Below, in pieces: positions 58,442 to 64,000 of a stretch of DNA of 64,000 bases (positions within the stretch are counted from its first letter, which is position 1; each line of letters starts with the position of its first letter). Source of the DNA: an uncultured delta proteobacterium (GTDB taxonomy: Bacteria > Desulfobacterota > Binatia > UBA9968); contig CAVYTU010000017.1 in the NCBI GenBank assembly GCA_963771465.1, forward strand, positions 288,001-352,000, given 5' to 3'. A model generated the notes under the pieces. It searched no databases, had not been told where the DNA came from, and saw only the letters and a program-made list of their open reading frames with translations. A program made the position numbers and the translations under genes.

Positions 58442-58643
58442 GAATCACCTCCGTACGAGTTGAGTCCGCGTGCGTGAACGAGGAACTGATGATTGCTTAT
58501 CACATTCCGCAAAACACTGGCAAAGTCAAATCGCGCTCGATGGCACATGGCCAAGAGTTGTCGTCTGGAGGCAAGCTGACATATGGTTCCGACGGGGCAA
58601 CGAAAGAGTTTATTCCCAGCGGTCGAATTCTAGGAGAAGTTTC

Positions 58644-59663
58644 ATGCAGGCAGGCGCCATCGATATCCATCATCATTATGTTCCACAGGAAGTGATCGAC
58701 GAGGCGAAGCGACATGGCAAAGCGCTTGGCGTAGACGTTGCCGAAGACAAGGACGGAACCATCCGCATATCCTTTGCCAGTGGGCCAAGTTTTCCGTTGC
58801 TCGATGGGCTGACCGATGTCGATCGGCGTTTGAAGATGATGAAGGACGGCAAGATTGCGCTGGCTGCGCTCGATCCGAGCACCCAGTTCCTCGGCTATGA
58901 TCTCACAGGCGAACAAGCGGAGAGCTGGTGCCGGATCTATAACGAATGCGTCAAAGAGTTCCTCAGAAAATATCCCGACCGGTTTACCGCCATGGCCGCG
59001 GTGCCGATTCAAGAACCTGCGCGGGCGGCGCGAGTCCTGGAACACGCGGTCACCCAACTCGATTTTTGCGGCGCCTACATCGCTACCAATGTGAACCATC
59101 GCTACTATGAGAGCGAGGATTTTGATCCGTTTTGGGCAAAAGCGCAGGAGTTAGATGTGCTCGTCTTCATGCATCCAGATAATCCCGCTGGCACGGAACT
59201 TATGAGTTCGTATGGTCTGCGTCTGGTCTGCGGCAATCCGGCTGACACGACGCTGTCCCTTGGACTACTGATTTTCAGCGGCGTATTCGATAGATTTCCC
59301 AATCTAAAACTTTGTACCTGCCACGGTGGCGGGTTTTTCCCGTATCATGTAAGCCGTTTCGACCGAGAGTTTGCCACTGGGAAACAGGCGACTCGACGTA
59401 CCGGTCGGGCTAATGCGCCAACTTGTTTGGCGGCGCCGAGCGCGTATTTAAAGAACTTGTATTTCGACACGCTAGTTTACGACATCGATACCCTCGACTT
59501 TCTCCGGCACAAAGTCGGCGCGGAACGTCTGCTGCTTGGCACCGACTTTCCTTACGCGCTCGGCGACTGGCAGTGCGTCGACAAGGTCGACCAGTTGCCT
59601 TGTAGCGAGACAGAAAAACAATTGATTCTCGAGGGTAATGCGAGAAAGCTGCTCAAGCTTTAA
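58644..59663 (+). CDS. Amidohydrolase 2, ACMSD-like decarboxylase
   Basis: IDIHHH, FMHP, HGGG, GTDFPY; AGGAGA RBS. Confidence 0.88.
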   Translation: MQAGAIDIHHHYVPQEVIDEAKRHGKALGVDVAEDKDGTIRISFASGPSFPLLDGLTDVDRRLKMMKDGKIALAALDPSTQFLGYDLTGEQAESWCRIYNECVKEFLRKYPDRFTAMAAVPIQEPARAARVLEHAVTQLDFCGAYIATNVNHRYYESEDFDPFWAKAQELDVLVFMHPDNPAGTELMSSYGLRLVCGNPADTTLSLGLLIFSGVFDRFPNLKLCTCHGGGFFPYHVSRFDREFATGKQATRRTGRANAPTCLAAPSAYLKNLYFDTLVYDIDTLDFLRHKVGAERLLLGTDFPYALGDWQCVDKVDQLPCSETEKQLILEGNARKLLKL

Positions 59664-59735
59664 ACTGCTTAAGTGTGCGCTGATGTTCTTATTGAGAGCA
59701 ACACTGCCGAAGAAGTGGCGATAAGTCCATTCGCG

Positions 59736-61448
59736 TCAGTGTGACAAGCCGAAGGAGCTGATGTCTCCGCCCGAGAAAAATGTCCCGATGAGATTCCCGC
59801 GCGTGATCGGCAAATCTAGATGCGATGGATGCGCCTCGTCGTGATGAATCGTGATGCGCAACGGCCGCGGGCGGCGCAGGTGGTTGCGCGCCAGCGCTTG
59901 TAACGAGTTTGCCGCCGGCTCGTCGTCTGCGCCTTTAACACGCAGCGCGATGCGCTCGCCAGCTTGGAACAAGCGCGCCGTGGCGACGATGGTGAATTTT
60001 AGCTCGTAGATTTTTCCCGGCTCCAACGCCTCCCTCGACTCATGCGCTTGAATTGGCTGCCACGGTTTACTTTCCGCGCGCAATCGGCGCTGCGACGCGC
60101 GCAGCCAACCGCGCGTCAGTTCATGGTCTTTGCCTTCCTTGTCGATCAATAGCAGGGTCGCGAACAACAACGCGTCGGTATCGGTAACCGAAACATACAG
60201 CGTCAGCACGCTCGGGCCGAGCACTTCGGTGTTTTCCACCAGCGGCGGCGTTGTGTAAGTCAGCGCACCGTGCTCGAAGCTCGATTCGTCGAATGAGTCC
60301 GAGCCTTCGCCCGGCCACATCTCGTGCTCGCTCAGGATTCCATCTTTGTGCAGATAGAATGTCGTCCAGCGCGCTTCGGACGGCGGCCAGTCAGCTAGAT
60401 TTTTCCATTCGCCGGTGGGCGGGATGAAGCAGCGGATCGGCGGCTCATTCATAATTCCATTATCGATGCCCTTGAGCCAGTGATCGAACCAACGCAGCGC
60501 TTCATCTTGGTACTGATACACCGGACGATCGAGATAGATCGGCGGACCGATGACCATCTTCTTCGGTCCCTGCCACTCTCGCCACGCAGTGAACGCGCCC
60601 GGCAGATGCAGACCGTAGTTGCCCCAGCAGGCGCCGAGATACGCGGGAATTTTTCCATGCGAATCTCTCGCGCTGCGTTCGCGCCAGAATGGACCGTCGA
60701 AGGGGTGAAGCAGCATGTCGACGATCAACGCGTTGGTCCCGGCGCCGGGATTTTGCAGCGCTTCCCGTAATCCTGGCACCGCGGCAATTTCTTCGTCGCG
60801 GAGCGTTTGAGCGATGGCTTCTTTGTAAGCCGCTTCGCCATGTTGCTCTTTGAAGAGACTCCGATAATTGGGGAGGTGTAAACTGTTGCGCCAGTGGGTG
60901 ATAAATCCGTGGGCAAGAATCCCGCCGTGGTAACAGCGATGGCGATAGTCGTCGGTGCCGGCGAAGGGCGAGAAAATCGCCTTCAACGGCTTCGGTCCCG
61001 TTGCGGCGATAGCTTTGGCCAGCCGCGCGTAGTACGAAACGCCGAACATGCCGAGGTCGCCATTGCTCCACGGTTGCACTGCCAACCAGTCGACGAGATG
61101 GCAGCCGTCTTCCACTTCCAGTGGTCCCATGAGCTGGTAGAAACCCGTGGACTTGCCCGTGCCGCGTGAGTTGAATACCGCATGGACGTAACCGCGCCGG
61201 GCGAAAAAAGTCGAATCGCCGCTTTCCATGTAACCGCGCATCGGCGTGAAGCCTACGGGTCGCATCGGCGGTGATTGAAGGTCCTTGTTGTAGCCATGGA
61301 CGCCGAGGATCACCGGAAACCTTTCGTCCGACGCGGGACGATAAATGTCGCCGTCGAGCAAAGTGCCATCGGGCATGGGAACTTTGACATCACGATCGAC
61401 GATGACATCGTATTTGCGTTCCGAAGTGGACCACTGGCTGGTGAACAT
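59736..61448 (-). CDS. CocE/NonD (X-Pro dipeptidyl peptidase-like) hydrolase
   Basis: RGTGKS.G, QPWSNG..GMFGVSY, RWFDHWLKG. Confidence 0.9.
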   Translation of the reverse strand: MFTSQWSTSERKYDVIVDRDVKVPMPDGTLLDGDIYRPASDERFPVILGVHGYNKDLQSPPMRPVGFTPMRGYMESGDSTFFARRGYVHAVFNSRGTGKSTGFYQLMGPLEVEDGCHLVDWLAVQPWSNGDLGMFGVSYYARLAKAIAATGPKPLKAIFSPFAGTDDYRHRCYHGGILAHGFITHWRNSLHLPNYRSLFKEQHGEAAYKEAIAQTLRDEEIAAVPGLREALQNPGAGTNALIVDMLLHPFDGPFWRERSARDSHGKIPAYLGACWGNYGLHLPGAFTAWREWQGPKKMVIGPPIYLDRPVYQYQDEALRWFDHWLKGIDNGIMNEPPIRCFIPPTGEWKNLADWPPSEARWTTFYLHKDGILSEHEMWPGEGSDSFDESSFEHGALTYTTPPLVENTEVLGPSVLTLYVSVTDTDALLFATLLLIDKEGKDHELTRGWLRASQRRLRAESKPWQPIQAHESREALEPGKIYELKFTIVATARLFQAGERIALRVKGADDEPAANSLQALARNHLRRPRPLRITIHHDEAHPSHLDLPITRGNLIGTFFSGGDISSFGLSH

Positions 61449-61598
61449 TAGAGTCTTCTTCCTTCGCCGAATGAGTTTTGACAACCCCATTAACCCAGGC
61501 GGGTTTGAAAGTCTAGGCAAGATTTGCGACCGAGCTTTGCTCTCACAGCCGGCTTAGAAAAACTTGTCAATTGCGCAACCCTGGCATATGGTCCGGCC

Positions 61599-61805
61599 AT
61601 GCGTTACGGGCTTTTTTACTTGCCGTCGTCGCTTCCGGCGAGCCGCGCCGAAGGCGCCGAGCGTTTTCGCACTCTCGTCGAGCAAGTCGCGTATGCCGAA
61701 GCAATAGGCTTCGAGTCCGTGTGGCTGGCTGAGCATCACTTTCATCCATTCGCCGGGATGTTTTCCGCGCCGGAATTGGAAGAGAAAGTTGTTGATGGTT
61801 TTTAA
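61599..61805 (+). pseudogene. N-terminal fragment of an LLM-class flavin monooxygenase
   Basis: MRYGLFY...AEAIGFESVWLAEHHF, then stops after about 68 aa. Confidence 0.7.
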
Positions 61806-61880
61806 TTCGACTAGAAGTGTTATATGGACAGACAAATCATGGCCAAATTCTAACGAGACCAAACTTGACAGAGGTGACCC

Positions 61881-62648
61881 ATGGGCAAGTTGAGACATAT
61901 CGCGTTTATTTCAAAGGAGCCGAAGCTGCTCAGCGATTTCTATCAGAAGTATTTTGGCTTCGAGGAGTGCAAAGTGTTTCCCAGCGGCTCGCGCATGGTG
62001 ATCGATCCGCTGTTCAATCTGGCTTTCTTGCAACAAGCCGCGGTGACGGCGGCTGTTTCTGGAACCCACCGAACGGATGGCAGTGAAGCTGAGTTGACGG
62101 TAGGGATTCATCACTATGGTTTCATGGTGGATAACTTGGATACAGCGGTGGCCAAACTTCCCGCCGGTTTGACGCGCGGCGCGAATCCGCAAATCTCCGC
62201 CGGCGTTTCCGGTCCCGAAGCAGCGCGGCCCGCCGAAGTCCGTTTCATTGATCCCTGGGGCAACAACGTCGATCTGTCGTCGCGCGGCTATTTGGGTAGA
62301 GAAGAGAAAAAGCTCCCGGCTGTGCGACTGCTCGCGGTACAGGTGCCGAATCCGGATAAGGCCTGCGAATTCTACAAGCAACAATTCGAATTAAATACTG
62401 TTGACCGTGATGGAGAAGGCAACATCCGTTTGAGCGACGGAACTGTGACGCTGATGTTGACGAAGTCGCAAGTGCGTCCGAAAAATGGCGTGCAATACTT
62501 TGGCATCCAGGTCAGCGAGGTCGCCAGTCTCAAGAAGCGCTTGCAGGATGGTGGCGTGGCGATTTCCGAACCAGCACTGGGACAAGTTCAGTTTAACGAT
62601 CCGGAAGGTAATCGGGTGGTGGTGTCGGAAGGTGGGTGGGCGAATTGA
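61881..62648 (+). CDS. Two-domain VOC/glyoxalase protein
   Basis: LRHIA, GIHHYGF, DPWGN.VD; second domain DPEGN. Confidence 0.85.
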   Translation: MGKLRHIAFISKEPKLLSDFYQKYFGFEECKVFPSGSRMVIDPLFNLAFLQQAAVTAAVSGTHRTDGSEAELTVGIHHYGFMVDNLDTAVAKLPAGLTRGANPQISAGVSGPEAARPAEVRFIDPWGNNVDLSSRGYLGREEKKLPAVRLLAVQVPNPDKACEFYKQQFELNTVDRDGEGNIRLSDGTVTLMLTKSQVRPKNGVQYFGIQVSEVASLKKRLQDGGVAISEPALGQVQFNDPEGNRVVVSEGGWAN

Positions 62649-62797
62649 TTGGGGCTTGATGATACCAGCTACTTCCTTGGCTGCTTTCGTATCTCGCGAA
62701 GTGTGAAATATCCCGACAAACAGCAGTATTCGAGAAAAATCTACGATTCGACTGATCTAGCGCCTATCCGATCGTTTCTGCTGGCTATGAGGCTGAA

Positions 62798-63394
62798 CTA
62801 AGAATGCAGTCTCGCCCACGCAAGTGCCTCTTCTAAACGATCGTTGCCCCAAAATAATTCCTCGCCGATTAGAAAAGACGGCGCGCCAAAAATGCCGAGA
62901 CTTTTGGCCTTTTCGGTTTGTGCGCGGAGTAGCGCATTACTCTCCGCAGTTTGCGCTTGCTCAAGGACGAGTTGGCCGTCGAGACCGAGACCGTTAAGAC
63001 AGGCAACCACTACTTCGGGATCATAAATTTCTCGATCTTCCCCGAAATTGGCGTGGAAGACCGCCTTCGCGAAGCCGGCTATCCAGGGTTCGGAAGCAAA
63101 CCGGCAAGCCACCCGTGCTGCAAGCACGCCATTGCGGGGGAACATTGATGGACGCACGAAAGGAATAGAGAGAGCTGCACAAGTACGCTGTAAATCTCGC
63201 CACATATATTTTCCTTTTGCGGCGAATAGGTTGAAGGGAGAATCGTTCCAGCCTTGCTCGCGAAATAGCGGGCCGAGCAAAAATGCGTTCCAATCAACCG
63301 TAACTCCTGCCGCCTGAGCCAGCTTTTCGATGCGCATGGCGGCTGGGTACGAGTAAGTGCTTGCGAAGTCAAACCAAAATTCAAGCCGCGGCAT
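62798..63394 (-). CDS. 2-hydroxychromene-2-carboxylate isomerase / DsbA-kappa GST family
   Basis: FWFDFASTYSY, GIFGAPSF, FWGNDRL. Confidence 0.92.
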   Translation of the reverse strand: MPRLEFWFDFASTYSYPAAMRIEKLAQAAGVTVDWNAFLLGPLFREQGWNDSPFNLFAAKGKYMWRDLQRTCAALSIPFVRPSMFPRNGVLAARVACRFASEPWIAGFAKAVFHANFGEDREIYDPEVVVACLNGLGLDGQLVLEQAQTAESNALLRAQTEKAKSLGIFGAPSFLIGEELFWGNDRLEEALAWARLHS

Positions 63395-63594
63395 AAGTTT
63401 GTGCTCCCGTATTAATCTGGCGAAGTCTCACACCGACAACCCTTCACTCTCACCCTCGCATCGATCTGAGCGCCTTTTAAGTTGGTGCTCCCTGCGATTG
63501 CCATTGGAGGCGGTGATTGCGCTCAGCTAATTCGACACGCGTTGATGGATTTGATCAGAGTGATTTCGCCATTCAGACATCCACGCGGTTAAAC

Positions 63595-63999
63595 CTATGG
63601 AGCTCCGACAAGCGCCCGCGCGATAAAGCCGCGCGCCACTTTGCTGCGCGGGACGCGGCCGGAGAACCAGGTTCGTACATCGGCGTCGAGACCGATGCCG
63701 TGCATGTAATTATATAGCGCCTTGTTAAGCGCGATGCCGAGAGCGTCGTGGTCGACGCCGGTGGAGTCGATGAACCTAACATCGTTTTTCGCGAATGAGA
63801 TTTTCGGCAAGGGTAGAAGTGTGACGCCGTATTGTTCTGGATTCTTTCCAACCGGTGAGTGGACGGTGCAGGTGAAGCGGTGAAAGAAGCCTGACTGAAT
63901 ACAGCCCGCTTCGAACAGTTGGCGGACACATTCGAGGGCGTCAACGGTATCTTGTACGGTTTGCGTGGGGAAGCCGTACATCAAATAAGCATGAACCAA
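63595..63999 (-). CDS. B12-binding radical SAM protein, C-terminal part (truncated)
   Basis: HAYLMYGFPTQT..DT...LE.VRQ...QSGFFHRF. Confidence 0.8.
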   Translation of the reverse strand: MVHAYLMYGFPTQTVQDTVDALECVRQLFEAGCIQSGFFHRFTCTVHSPVGKNPEQYGVTLLPLPKISFAKNDVRFIDSTGVDHDALGIALNKALYNYMHGIGLDADVRTWFSGRVPRSKVARGFIARALVGAP

Positions 64000-64000
64000 G

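Overview
GC-rich bacterial chromosomal window. The gene style (many orphan ABC/Bug substrate-binding proteins, amidohydrolases, MFS_3 transporters, short tandem-oligomer hairpins) resembles Candidatus Binatia/Deltaproteobacteria-type genomes, but that assignment is inference. There is no rRNA, tRNA, CRISPR array, prophage or transposase. Layout: (1) 0-6.6 kb, a membrane/stress block (desaturase end, MlaC, FtsH paralog, small membrane proteins, phosphomannomutase); (2) three tandem MFS paralogs; (3) assorted sulfur/redox/hydrolase genes; (4) 28.6-54 kb, a region rich in nucleobase/N-heterocycle metabolism genes (PyrR, N-carbamoyl hydrolase, PyrE, deaminase, amidase plus small partner, 3-subunit Mo-hydroxylase, cyclic amidohydrolase, GntR, ABC, UbiD); (5) further catabolic genes to the end. 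The most notable signal is a ~410-nt intergenic element (about 24017-24428) with its own sigma70-like promoter and intrinsic terminator. It folds by inspection into a nested multi-helix RNA that I cannot match to tmRNA, RNase P, SRP or a riboswitch. Five genes carry small frameshifts that look like long-read assembly errors. All pairings and motifs were read by eye, and no database searches were run.
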